Source of the DNA: an uncultured Gammaproteobacteria bacterium
GTDB taxonomy: Bacteria; Patescibacteriota; Microgenomatia; Levybacterales; UBA12049
DNA: 64,000 bases
Assembly (NCBI GenBank): GCA_964521295.1
Contig: CAZFRF010000001.1
Coordinates: 71,751 to 135,750, forward strand
Direction of reading: 5' to 3'
Shown: piece by piece, positions 40,972-52,979 of the stretch
Position numbering within the stretch: the stretch's first letter is position 1
Layout: each line of letters starts with the position of its first letter
Translations under genes and position numbers: made by a program
The notes under the pieces: model-generated
Database searches by the model: none
The model's input: the letters and a program-made list of their open reading frames with translations, nothing else
Told to the model about the DNA's origin: nothing

Positions 40972-41046
40972 AGGCGGATAATAACACCAAGGTTCTTTGT
41001 TGTCAATTAACTTGACTAAGATTCTAATTATCTCTACCATAGATTT

Positions 41047-43226
<2,180 letters not shown>

Positions 43227-43290
43227 CTAATATAACAGAAAGTTTTTATAATTTCTAGAGGTTTAATATTGTTTCTATTCTTGGATTAAA

Positions 43291-44583
43291 TTATATCTTT
43301 CTTCTTCCCAACCCTTTTACCCCTTCTAATAGTTGGTTTGGATTATGATCTATTTCGTGTGCCTTAGCAACTAAGTTTAATGTATTCTTTCCTGTTACTT
43401 CTGAGGTAAAAATTTCTCGTACTGATGGCAAAATGTATCTTAAAGCATCTGCTTGAAAAGCTGGATCAAACCCTGATTCTATATATCTTTTATACGCACC
43501 TAATTTATTTCTTAATCTGCCAAAACTCGTGTCTTGAAAATTATCTTCTTGAACTACTGTAATCGCAGGGTGATAAGGTCTTGTTTGTTCTCTGGAGGAT
43601 TTTAGCTGAATTAAAAAGTTTGTTCCTGTTTCAAAATTTCTAACTGTAATATCTGCTCCTCTCTTTAAATCTGGTCTTCCCACTTGAGGCATATCTTCAT
43701 ATCTTGCAGTTGGTATTACGATAGTTGAAAAATCTCCTTGCATTCTTAGGTACATATGAGCGTCAATTAGCCACATAAATTCTAATAGTTTGCCCTTTAA
43801 TACTGCTTTAGGTAAATTTGGATTAGTTAATAACTCCCCTTCTCCTAAAAATACTCTATCTATTGTTCTGATAGCGTCAGTAAGTAGCTGCGCCTTTCGT
43901 ATCTCGCTTACCTGATCATGAGTAGATTGTTGCGTTAAGGAGTCTAGCTTCAGCTGTGCTTCAACTCCTAGCATTAGGATTTGTGGGTCTTTGTATCTTT
44001 GAGTATCTGTTGCGAGATTTGCTACAAAATCAAACAAAGTGATTGCTGCTTTAGTACCTTTAATTCTTTTTACCTCTGTTTCTAGAAGATTTGGTTGGGT
44101 TCTTTGTATTGCCTCAGAGCCCCATATTCCTGCTGCCATCCAGTACATTTCTGCCGCAACAAAAGTATGCAGAAAATCATCTTTTGTGTAATCCCTAGTA
44201 ACATCTCTGTCATAATTTCCTTCTAAACGTTGCCTATATGAAGGAGTTGTTTTAAAAAGCTGAAATGCTGCATCTTCATATAAGGATGCTTTTTTAGCGG
44301 TTCTTTGTAAAATTGAGTCCATTGTTGCTAATAACTCGCTCTCATCTAAAGCTCGACTTTCAATTTTTATAACTGATAATACATTTGTTTCATCAATTGG
44401 ATCTTGAGCATGGTACCAAGCTAAAATCTGATCAGGTCTAGCTTCGCCTCTTATGATTTTCCCCTCTAGAGTTCTAATTCGGTTTGATGTACCTTTGGCA
44501 TCTACTCTTTGTAAATCTACAGATAAAGGAGTTGGTGTTGTTTTAGAAGTTTTTACGGGTGGTTTATTTCTTACCTCAGACAT
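43291..44583 (-). CDS. Hypothetical protein with possible C-terminal PD-(D/E)xK-like motif
   Basis: GKLLE...GADITV...IQLKS. Confidence 0.7.
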   Translation of the reverse strand: MSEVRNKPPVKTSKTTPTPLSVDLQRVDAKGTSNRIRTLEGKIIRGEARPDQILAWYHAQDPIDETNVLSVIKIESRALDESELLATMDSILQRTAKKASLYEDAAFQLFKTTPSYRQRLEGNYDRDVTRDYTKDDFLHTFVAAEMYWMAAGIWGSEAIQRTQPNLLETEVKRIKGTKAAITLFDFVANLATDTQRYKDPQILMLGVEAQLKLDSLTQQSTHDQVSEIRKAQLLTDAIRTIDRVFLGEGELLTNPNLPKAVLKGKLLEFMWLIDAHMYLRMQGDFSTIVIPTARYEDMPQVGRPDLKRGADITVRNFETGTNFLIQLKSSREQTRPYHPAITVVQEDNFQDTSFGRLRNKLGAYKRYIESGFDPAFQADALRYILPSVREIFTSEVTGKNTLNLVAKAHEIDHNPNQLLEGVKGLGRRKI

Positions 44584-44694
44584 GTAAAAAGTATATCATG
44601 GGATTCTCGTAATTAGCTAAAAGACCAAGTCACCTAATGAGCTATTACTGTCTTATAGTTTGACTATTTGAATACAATTAAATATAATTCGGGC

Positions 44695-44994
44695 ATGAAA
44701 GAAATGTCTTTGAAAAAAAGAACTATAGCTTCAGGAGCAGCTGGTTTAGGAGCATTTGGTATTGCTGAGGCAACAACAGGATATATTAGAAGTCAAAATC
44801 CTTACTATGTAGAAAATTTGAGGAATCATTTAGATATGGTTCAGGTATTCGTTAATCCTGAAGCATTTACAGCGTTATATTTAGAAAATAGACCATTAGC
44901 AGGATTATTAGCTTTCTCTATCTTTGCAGCTTTAAGATTTTTGACTTGCAAGTATGCAAAAGAAACTCATGGGCATAAATCAGGACATCATTAG
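44695..44994 (+). CDS. Hypothetical two-TM protein
   Basis: ATG 44695 after TATAAT; two hydrophobic segments. Confidence 0.65.
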   Translation: MKEMSLKKRTIASGAAGLGAFGIAEATTGYIRSQNPYYVENLRNHLDMVQVFVNPEAFTALYLENRPLAGLLAFSIFAALRFLTCKYAKETHGHKSGHH

Positions 44995-44997
44995 TCT

Positions 44998-45414
44998 CTA
45001 TCGTGGTCTATAGGTTGTTTCGTGATAATCTATCCTTTTAAATATTGCTTCTTTGACAGCCCCATGTAGAAGATGATTTTTAGTAGCTTTGATATCAAAT
45101 CCTTTAGCAACTCCTAAGAGTGCAAGTGTAATTAGTGCGGGAATGGCAGATGGTCTTTCTTGCCAAGGTAGATTGCTGTGTTCATTTAAGAAATTAAACG
45201 TAGTAAAAAACCCAAGTCCAATTGAAGCTCCCAAACTTAAGCCTGCAAAACGATCAGCAACTCTTGCGTCAAGTAATGTAAATTCTTCAGCTTCTTGGAT
45301 ATTTGCGTATTGTTCTTCTTTTAACTCGCCTGCTCCAACTCGATGTAAAACGCTAACGGGTGTAGTTCTTGCATCTACAACGACGTGAAGAGGCTCTCTC
45401 TCAAAAAATTTCAT
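44998..45414 (-). CDS. Hypothetical two-TM protein (tandem paralog 3)
   Basis: Same layout as the two neighbouring ORFs. Confidence 0.7.
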   Translation of the reverse strand: MKFFEREPLHVVVDARTTPVSVLHRVGAGELKEEQYANIQEAEEFTLLDARVADRFAGLSLGASIGLGFFTTFNFLNEHSNLPWQERPSAIPALITLALLGVAKGFDIKATKNHLLHGAVKEAIFKRIDYHETTYRPR

Positions 45415-45451
45415 ATGCGGATTATATCTAAATAAAAGCTCTTGTCAAAAA

Positions 45452-45874
45452 TTATATTTCAAATTCTTGATCATACTGAGGTTTTTTATATAACTCAGCT
45501 TGATGTATGGCAACAATTTCTTGTTGATTTCTTTCTCTATCCCTGCCGCTTCTTAAAGCTAAATTGAGACTTAATCCCGCAGCAACAGTAAAACCGACCA
45601 CAGCACTAGTTGATATCTGAGGTTCAAGATTCAGAGTTAAGCTTCGTACTGCGCCTAAGGCGCTTAACATAAAAGTTGCAACTTGGGTTGATTCAAGAAG
45701 CATCCAGCCAGTTTCAAGTCTGCGCTTGGCTTTTTCAGCTGCTTTAAAACTTAAATAGTGGCCATCAGGAGTTTCTTCCCTACGTTGACCATTTGAAATT
45801 GTCGAAAATATCTCTATTCCCCTTGTTGAATTGATAACGCTAACTTTATGAATAGCTTTTTCTTGTTCGTGCAT
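45452..45874 (-). CDS. Hypothetical two-TM protein (tandem paralog 2)
   Basis: HKVSV...REETPDGHYLS aligns with HRVQI...REIHPTQTYPS. Confidence 0.7.
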   Translation of the reverse strand: MHEQEKAIHKVSVINSTRGIEIFSTISNGQRREETPDGHYLSFKAAEKAKRRLETGWMLLESTQVATFMLSALGAVRSLTLNLEPQISTSAVVGFTVAAGLSLNLALRSGRDRERNQQEIVAIHQAELYKKPQYDQEFEI

Positions 45875-45876
45875 AG

Positions 45877-46317
45877 TTAATCTAAAGTATATGGCTTAAT
45901 CTGATCAAAGCTTGATAACGGAGAGCTTCTTATCTCTTCAATTGCCTGGACAAGCTGCGAATTTCTCGTTGCTTCTTCGCTGGAATCAGCTCTAACTAAA
46001 TTTCCTACATAGCCAATGGCTGCAGCACCAATTCCTACAATGGCGTGTTTTGGATCAATTGTCGAATGCATTAAAATGTCAGATATATTCCAGGCTAAGA
46101 TAAGTGTTCCACCTAAGCTTGTTCCCTGATTGACTTTTTCAAGAGCCACCCAGGCTAGAGTTCTTGCTATTGTTCTTTTGCGGGCGCTATCAATTGAAGG
46201 ATATGTTTGAGTTGGATGAATTTCCCTAAAACCATTTGCATAGCTTACAGAAGAACGAATATCTACCCTCCCTCCGGTTTGTTCTATTTGTACTCTATGT
46301 TTAGCTTCAATTGGCAT
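45877..46317 (-). CDS. Hypothetical two-TM protein (tandem paralog 1)
   Basis: Aligns by eye with 45452-45874; -10 element just upstream. Confidence 0.7.
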   Translation of the reverse strand: MPIEAKHRVQIEQTGGRVDIRSSVSYANGFREIHPTQTYPSIDSARKRTIARTLAWVALEKVNQGTSLGGTLILAWNISDILMHSTIDPKHAIVGIGAAAIGYVGNLVRADSSEEATRNSQLVQAIEEIRSSPLSSFDQIKPYTLD

Positions 46318-46423
46318 GGCAAGGATTATATGCCTTAAGTATATGAAAAGACAATAGTTATTTAACCGTATTTAGTCCTATAATATTTGATTTTTATAGC
46401 TAATTTAGGTATACTTTAGTCTT

Positions 46424-47197
46424 ATGTCAAAAGAAATACCACTTTTTTTTAAAGAGGTAAAATTTAAACCGCTTGTTCCAGGTGGTCCTATTCCTGTTGA
46501 CGATAAGGGAAGAACAGATAAAGAAGTTCCCGTAGGTAATCAAATTATTATCGATAGCGTGACGGGACAATATAGATATGATAGGCCTCTTTGGACAAGA
46601 GATTCAATATTGGATGATTTTTCCTATAAAGTTAGAGAAATTAGGGAGTCAGGCATTAGGATTCCTCTGGATGGAAGATCTGTTTTTTTAGTAAGAAGAG
46701 AGACATTGTTACCAGATAATGAAGATGAAAGAAGAAAATTAGTTGAAAAATATGGAGCAGGTATTTTAGGTACGCTCATTGGTGATAATGCAAGAATTGA
46801 AGATGGTAGGTTTATATCGCGTATTGGTTTTAGGGATCAAGAGCATGTAGTTTTACCGAGTGAGGTAATGAGAGTTATTGCGCATGAGCATGGTCATACT
46901 ATTGGAGAGCAGTTGCCGACTGTATGGGAAGAGATGAAAGCTTACGCTTTTGAAGGTTTTTTTATGTCAAGATACTTAGGTCAAGTTTATAAAATTGATG
47001 GTAGTGATGCTGAAAGTATGCATGAAATAGCTAGAAATAGAGTTTCCCAGCTAACACAAAGAGGAATAGATTATTTAGAGATATTAGCTCATTTAGCAGA
47101 ATATGGTTTTGGGGATTTTGGTCCAAGAGATTATGCAAAGCATGTAGGAAAAAGAGGAAGATTAAGAGGAAAGCTTACAAGACACAGGCATAATTAA
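46424..47197 (+). CDS. HExxH zincin-like protein, paralog of 48734-49477
   Basis: VRRETL.P, AHEHGH, EEMKAY, ILAH, FGDFGP. Confidence 0.78.
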   Translation: MSKEIPLFFKEVKFKPLVPGGPIPVDDKGRTDKEVPVGNQIIIDSVTGQYRYDRPLWTRDSILDDFSYKVREIRESGIRIPLDGRSVFLVRRETLLPDNEDERRKLVEKYGAGILGTLIGDNARIEDGRFISRIGFRDQEHVVLPSEVMRVIAHEHGHTIGEQLPTVWEEMKAYAFEGFFMSRYLGQVYKIDGSDAESMHEIARNRVSQLTQRGIDYLEILAHLAEYGFGDFGPRDYAKHVGKRGRLRGKLTRHRHN

Positions 47198-47202
47198 TTC
47201 AG

Positions 47203-47611
47203 TTATTTTTCTCCTGTTAAGTGTTTTATTTCTATTATTTGTAGGTCAGCAAGAGTTGATCCCCATTTGATATCGTAAATGAGCTGTTCTGCTCTTTGTA
47301 TTTTTAAAGCTTTTCTTAGTCTAATATTGGGATGAAGTTCTTTGAGACTATAGTATTTATGGGTTTTTTGTAGTATTTGGAAAAGATTTAACGGTTGTGT
47401 TAAATTCTTGCAAAACAACTCTAGGATTTCCTATTCCAAACCTAAGCCTTAAAAGTGCCCAATTTAATTCTCCAGCGAGTTGGTTTTTACTTTCTTCTGT
47501 TGCTTGAGGATGAGCTAAATAGGCTTTATCAACTGCTCTTTCGGCTACAATCTTAATAGTTCTAAATCTTGTAAATGCAGGATGCTCGCCTGTTTCTGGA
47601 TGATATCTCAT
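47203..47611 (-). pseudogene. Possibly frameshifted hypothetical gene (ORFs 47357-47611 and 47203-47418)
   Basis: Overlapping co-oriented ORFs that fuse if one base of the T6 run near 47364-47369 is removed. Confidence 0.35.
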
Positions 47612-47612
47612 A

Positions 47613-48083
47613 TTAATACTTTGGGATATAACTTCTTTTAGGTTTTGCTCCGGTTGGTAGCTCGCCTACTTTTTGTTTGCTTTGTCTTGGTATTTTTGTA
47701 TCTTGCCAAGTGGTTGATCCTAATTCAAGCATTTTAAAAAGATTTAAATACCCATTCCTAACTGTTGCTTCACTTATTTCCTGCACCGCTTGCCTTATTG
47801 TTGGAGCAAATTCTTCTCTTGCAATTTCCCATTCTTCTAAGGGGCGTAAACCAGGCAGTCTGGGTGGTTTTCTTAACAAGCTAAAGGTAGCAATTACGCT
47901 AACACATTGAATTGCAGTTTGTTTTTCGACAGGAGTCATTGCGTCATAGTATCTGTGAAATCCTTTATACGCTTCAGCAGCTAGGGCATGAATTCCAGTA
48001 GGATTTTGTAAATTTACTGAGTATGGATATAGAGAGCTTTCAGTTACATTTTCAATGTATTTAAGGCGATATTTTTCCAACAT
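47613..48083 (-). CDS. Hypothetical protein
   Basis: 156-aa ORF in a tight minus-strand run. Confidence 0.65.
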   Translation of the reverse strand: MLEKYRLKYIENVTESSLYPYSVNLQNPTGIHALAAEAYKGFHRYYDAMTPVEKQTAIQCVSVIATFSLLRKPPRLPGLRPLEEWEIAREEFAPTIRQAVQEISEATVRNGYLNLFKMLELGSTTWQDTKIPRQSKQKVGELPTGAKPKRSYIPKY

Positions 48084-48091
48084 AAGTAGTA

Positions 48092-48271
48092 TTAAGGCTT
48101 TCTTGTGGCTCTTACCTCTTGAGTATAGGCTGTTTGAATTTCATATAAGGCTCCAATTTTTTGACGAAGCGTTAAGCTTTGATCATGAATTACAGCTCCA
48201 AAAGCTACTTTTCTAGCAACTTGGGCTGAAGCAATATCAGGGTTTTTGGGATGTCTTCTTAAAATTTCCAT
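48092..48271 (-). CDS. Hypothetical protein (59 aa, not in the ORF track)
   Basis: MEILRRHPKNPD...RATRKP; TGgTATAAT 6 nt before the ATG. Confidence 0.6.
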   Translation of the reverse strand: MEILRRHPKNPDIASAQVARKVAFGAVIHDQSLTLRQKIGALYEIQTAYTQEVRATRKP

Positions 48272-48307
48272 TTATAAATTATACCAAGTTTGAGTCTGTA
48301 AATCAAA

Positions 48308-48646
48308 CTATAAGCCCTGCCCTTGTATGAGATTTAATTGAGTGTTTAGCTGGTTAACTTGTGAATTAACTAAATCCATTGAAAGTTTCACGTAAATAAC
48401 ACTAGAAAGTAAAGTTAAGGTTATTAATATTATGCCAATAATTTTAGCGGTAGGGTTTTTATCAAGTAAATATTTAATGCCTGGAAATAGACCCAAGGGT
48501 GGAAGCAAGATACTAATTAAATATAGATAAATTTGTTTACCTAAAGAAGTTGAAAGAGGTGGGTTTTTAAATCTATATCCACAATTAGGGCAAAAATTAT
48601 ATGTAGGTAAAATTTGATACCCGCATTTAGGACAAAGTTGATCCAT
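48308..48646 (-). CDS. Zinc-ribbon membrane protein
   Basis: CPKCG...FCPNCG followed by two TM helices. Confidence 0.85.
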   Translation of the reverse strand: MDQLCPKCGYQILPTYNFCPNCGYRFKNPPLSTSLGKQIYLYLISILLPPLGLFPGIKYLLDKNPTAKIIGIILITLTLLSSVIYVKLSMDLVNSQVNQLNTQLNLIQGQGL

Positions 48647-48733
48647 AAATTAAGTATTTCATGTATTACAAGAAGTTGCAATTTTAGGCTTTGACTTGCT
48701 AATTTTGCTCTGCTAAGATTCATACAATTTGGC

Positions 48734-49477
48734 ATGATTGTAAGAAGTGAATTATATTTCCCTGATATAGAATTTGAATTTCCTGATCCACCTACTCCGA
48801 AATCAGAAGATCATAGAGCACTTGGGCAAATGCTTAAGGCAAAATTAAGAAAAGATGCAAAGGAAAAATCCCAAGATTCCCCACCGCCTTCTGTAAGTTA
48901 CTCAGAAAGTCCATTATGGAGCATACACGGGGTTTTAAAGAGTATGGATGCAAGATTAGCGGGATTAAGAGATAGGTATGGAGTAGCTTTACCAATGGAA
49001 AGAGTTGATATAGAGTTTGTAAGAAGAGAAACGCTTGTTCCAAGGAAAGGCAAAAAAAGAAATCAGTTAATAAATGCTTATGGTCAGGACATAGTTAAGA
49101 GTATTGTTGGATTACATACTCGATCAGCCAAGGGTGATCATAGTGTTAAAATTGGATATTATGGTGAGCAATATTCTAGGAGGCAGGAGCAAGTCGAGGG
49201 TACTTTGGCTCATGAGCTTGGTCACGTTTTCGGTGAGCATCCGCTTTTTGGCGTAGAATATGAAGAAATGAAGGGTTATAGCTTGCAAGCTCTTCTAATG
49301 GCAAAACCAGAGACGGGTGCTGGAGCAACAGGATCTTTGGTGCATGATAGGTCAAGGGGAATGCTTGCTCAATTAGGTAGTATGGGTATTTGTGAACCTG
49401 CAATTTTAGCCCATGTAACTGGGATTTCTTTCGGTGAGTATGGTCCTCAAAGTTATAGAGATTTAAGGCGTTTTTAA
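48734..49477 (+). CDS. HExxH zincin-like protein, paralog of 46424-47197
   Basis: VRRETL.P, AHELGH, EEMKGY, ILAH, FGEYGP. Confidence 0.78.
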   Translation: MIVRSELYFPDIEFEFPDPPTPKSEDHRALGQMLKAKLRKDAKEKSQDSPPPSVSYSESPLWSIHGVLKSMDARLAGLRDRYGVALPMERVDIEFVRRETLVPRKGKKRNQLINAYGQDIVKSIVGLHTRSAKGDHSVKIGYYGEQYSRRQEQVEGTLAHELGHVFGEHPLFGVEYEEMKGYSLQALLMAKPETGAGATGSLVHDRSRGMLAQLGSMGICEPAILAHVTGISFGEYGPQSYRDLRRF

Positions 49478-50118
49478 GATTCTAGGAACATGTTTTCTAA
49501 AGCTAGTCTTAAATTAACATTAGATTTTTTGAGTATTAAATAGTATTTATGCAGTGTTTTAACTAAGTTTTTATATCTATCTTTCTCAGGATTTAGAAGC
49601 ATTTTTTCCCTGGTAACGATAATTAATTTTTCTAAATAATTTAAAGCTTGCTCTTTGTCTTTGGCTAAGTCTTGAGCTAGTTTTAGGCTGTCATGCTCTC
49701 CTTTTATTATAGAATCTAATACAGTTTCAAGTTCTGTTTGTTCTTTGTCTTCAATTATTAGTTTGGTATCTAAGGTAATTAATTTACAACGCGATAGAAT
49801 CGTAGGCAGAAAGATGTTTTCAAAGGCCTTGAGAATAATAATTGTTGATAATGGTGGTTCTTCTAGGGTTTTAAGAAAGGCGTTTTGTGAGTCAGGAGTC
49901 ATTCCTAAAAATGTTTCTATAACTACTGCCTTTTTTTCTCCTTTTAAGGGTTTTAAAAATATTTTGGAATTAATACTTCTAATATCGGCAATTCCGACTG
50001 CTTTCTCGGGTGTAAAAGTGAAAATATCCAGCTCATTAATTTTTTCTGAGTTGATTAATTTCTCAGCTTCTTTTTGGATGTTTTCTTGATTTTTTCCGAG
50101 GATTATAAAACTTTGCAT
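49474..50118 (-). CDS. holB: DNA polymerase III delta-prime-like clamp-loader subunit (reduced)
   Basis: SQNAFLKTLEEPP, LPTILSRC. Confidence 0.8.
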   Translation of the reverse strand: MQSFIILGKNQENIQKEAEKLINSEKINELDIFTFTPEKAVGIADIRSINSKIFLKPLKGEKKAVVIETFLGMTPDSQNAFLKTLEEPPLSTIIILKAFENIFLPTILSRCKLITLDTKLIIEDKEQTELETVLDSIIKGEHDSLKLAQDLAKDKEQALNYLEKLIIVTREKMLLNPEKDRYKNLVKTLHKYYLILKKSNVNLRLALENMFLES

Positions 50119-50160
50119 TTATATTGACTTTATATCATATTTTAACCTACTATAGAACTA

Positions 50161-51906
50161 ATGCCCGATACTTCTCAAATACCGGTACAAGGGTTCAGTT
50201 CTCAAAGCTCTAATCAGAGTTTATCAGATATCCTTTTTGCCCAAAAATTAATTACAAAAGAACAGTACGATACTATTAAAGTTCAAAGCGCAAGTAAGGG
50301 AATTTCTGAGGAAAATATTGTTGAAGAAATGGAAATTGTTTCCCCGGATAAGTTAACAGCTGCCAAGGCTGCAATTTTAGGAATACCATATATAGATATT
50401 ACTAACGTTTCTTTTTCTCCTGAAGCTTTGGGTTTAATTCCCAGAGCTGTAGCTGAAAGATTTAGTCTTATTCCTTTTGCATATGATATAAATTCCAAAA
50501 CACTCTCTGTTGCGATGAGTAATCCGGTTGACCTAGAGGCAATCACTTTTATTAGAGAGAAAACTGGTCTTACTATTAAGTCATTCGCAGCAACACCTAG
50601 TGAAGTTGCTAAGGAGATAAATCAGCAATATAGGCAAGAATTAGTTGGTGAGGTTGGTGCGGCGATTAAAGAAACTCAGGATTATAATAAAATTAAAACT
50701 GTCGATACTGATCAAATTGCCCAAATCATTAAGGAAGCGCCAATTGCCAAAATCGTATCCACCATTCTGGAATATGCTGTAAACAGCAGAGCTTCAGACG
50801 TGCACATAGAGCCAATGGAAGATAGAGTTAGGGTTAGATATAGAATTGATGGTATTTTATATGACAGACTTTCCCTGCCTAAAGCAGTTCAGGAGGCAGT
50901 AATTTCGCGTATTAAGATTTTGTCGGAAATGAAAATTGATGAACATCGCTCTCCTCAAGACGGCCGTTTTAATTTTAAAGTTGAAGATAAAGAAGTTGAC
51001 CTTCGTATCAGTGTTTTGCCTACAGTTTTTGGCGAGAAAATTGTAATGAGGCTTCTTCGCAAAAGCGGTGGTATTCCAACTTTGAGAGAGTTAGGTATTT
51101 CTGGGATTGCGCAAAAGACTTTAGAAACCGCAATGGCAAGGCCTCATGGAATCATTATTGTTTGTGGACCTACTGGATCTGGAAAAACTACTACTCTTTA
51201 TTCTGTTTTGTCTGTTTTGAATACGACTAAAGTCAATATTTCAACTCTTGAAGATCCAGTTGAGTACCAAATTGCAGGGATTAATCAAGTTCAGGTTAAT
51301 CCAGCAGTAGGACTAACTTTTGCAGAAGGCTTAAGGTCCTTTTTAAGGCAAGATCCAAATATAATCCTAGTAGGAGAAATTCGTGATGGTGAAACAACCG
51401 AGCTTGCCATCCAGGCAGCATTAACTGGACATTTGGTCTTCTCAACTTTGCATACATCTTCAGCGGCAGGTGCTCTTCCGCGTTTAATAGATTTAGGAGC
51501 TGAAACTTTTTTACTCGCTTCTACTATGAATGCTGTCTTAGCGCAAAGGATAGTTAGGAAAATTTGTAATAGCTGTAAAGTTCCTTATGCTCCCCCAGCC
51601 CAAGTTGTTGCCGAAATGCAGCAAGTTTTAGGTAAATATTTTCCTCAAGGTAAACAAATAACCTTTTACAAAGGTAATGGTTGTGAAGAATGTGGTGGAT
51701 CTGGATATATTGGAAGAGTTGGTATTTTCGAGGCACTGCCAATTACGGAAAAAATTGCTTCTTTGGTTTTGCAGCACTCGGACAGCGGAAGTCTTGAAAG
51801 GGAAGCAGTTGCAGAAGGCATGATTACAATGAAACAAGATGGATATCTAAAAGTTTTACAAGGGGTAACAACCGTAGAAGAGGTTCTCAGGGTTGCTCAA
51901 GAATAA
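50161..51906 (+). CDS. pilB: Type IV pilus assembly ATPase (PilB/GspE)
   Basis: ASDVHIEP, RYRIDG, PQDGR, GPTGSGKTTTLY, LRQDP, tetracysteine motif. Confidence 0.95.
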   Translation: MPDTSQIPVQGFSSQSSNQSLSDILFAQKLITKEQYDTIKVQSASKGISEENIVEEMEIVSPDKLTAAKAAILGIPYIDITNVSFSPEALGLIPRAVAERFSLIPFAYDINSKTLSVAMSNPVDLEAITFIREKTGLTIKSFAATPSEVAKEINQQYRQELVGEVGAAIKETQDYNKIKTVDTDQIAQIIKEAPIAKIVSTILEYAVNSRASDVHIEPMEDRVRVRYRIDGILYDRLSLPKAVQEAVISRIKILSEMKIDEHRSPQDGRFNFKVEDKEVDLRISVLPTVFGEKIVMRLLRKSGGIPTLRELGISGIAQKTLETAMARPHGIIIVCGPTGSGKTTTLYSVLSVLNTTKVNISTLEDPVEYQIAGINQVQVNPAVGLTFAEGLRSFLRQDPNIILVGEIRDGETTELAIQAALTGHLVFSTLHTSSAAGALPRLIDLGAETFLLASTMNAVLAQRIVRKICNSCKVPYAPPAQVVAEMQQVLGKYFPQGKQITFYKGNGCEECGGSGYIGRVGIFEALPITEKIASLVLQHSDSGSLEREAVAEGMITMKQDGYLKVLQGVTTVEEVLRVAQE

Positions 51907-51907
51907 T

Positions 51908-52975
51908 ATGACATTAAACGAATTACTTGATTTAACAATTAAAAATGGTGCATCAGATTTGCATTTATTACCTGGTGTTCAGCCCGCAATTAGGGTAGAT
52001 GGTGCATTGCGTTTTTTAGTAAACTACTCACCTCTTACCAAAGAGCAAATGGAAGAAATGGCCTTTTCTGTTTTAAAGCCAGAACAAAAAAATTGGTTAA
52101 TAAGCAATAAGGAAATTGATTTTTCATTTGGTTTTGGCGGTGGTAATTATGGCGATTTGGGAAGGTTTAGAGTCAACCTCTACTATCAACGCGGGGTATT
52201 GTCAGGGGCCTTTAGATACTTAGAGCCCAAAATTAGAACCTTAGAAGAGTTAAAACTGCCTAAAGTTTTACACAACTTTACAGAATTAAAACAGGGATTT
52301 GTTTTAGTTACAGGTCCAACTGGACATGGAAAATCTACAACTTTAGCAGCAATGATTAATGAAATTAATCAAAATAAATCTTTAAATATTTTGACTATTG
52401 AAGATCCAATTGAATACATCTATCCAATGGGTAAAAGTTTAATTTCCCAAAGAGAAATGGATTTAGATACTCATTCTTGGTCAATGGCCTTGCGTAGCGC
52501 ATTAAGAGAAGATCCTGATGTAGTTTTAGTAGGAGAAATGCGTGATCCAGAAACAATAGCTGCTGCAATTACAATTGCAGAAACAGGACATTTAGTCTTC
52601 TCTACTCTACATACTAACTCAGCTTCGCAAACAATTGATAGAATTATTGATTCTTTTCCTCCGGGTCAACAGGCGCAAATTAGAATTCAGCTTGCTTCTA
52701 CCCTAAAAGGAATAGTTTCGCAAAGACTCATTCCTATGATTAATGGAGGAAGAGTTCCGGGAATAGAAGTATTACTTGGTAATAATGCAGTCGCAAGTAA
52801 TGTTAGAGAAGGAAAAACTCATTTAATAGATAGTATTATTCAGACATCTCAACAAGAAGGAATGATTCCTTTGGAAAATTCATTAACAACACTTGTTTTA
52901 TCAGGCGCAATCAGTTTAGATGTAGCTAAAAGTTATGCTTTAAGACCTGATGAGCTACTTAGGCTGGTAGGATAA
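51908..52975 (+). CDS. pilT: Type IV pilus retraction ATPase
   Basis: ASDLHL, GPTGHGKSTTLA, ALREDPD, GEMRD, NVREGK (AIRNLIRE-like). Confidence 0.95.
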   Translation: MTLNELLDLTIKNGASDLHLLPGVQPAIRVDGALRFLVNYSPLTKEQMEEMAFSVLKPEQKNWLISNKEIDFSFGFGGGNYGDLGRFRVNLYYQRGVLSGAFRYLEPKIRTLEELKLPKVLHNFTELKQGFVLVTGPTGHGKSTTLAAMINEINQNKSLNILTIEDPIEYIYPMGKSLISQREMDLDTHSWSMALRSALREDPDVVLVGEMRDPETIAAAITIAETGHLVFSTLHTNSASQTIDRIIDSFPPGQQAQIRIQLASTLKGIVSQRLIPMINGGRVPGIEVLLGNNAVASNVREGKTHLIDSIIQTSQQEGMIPLENSLTTLVLSGAISLDVAKSYALRPDELLRLVG

Positions 52976-52979
52976 AATT

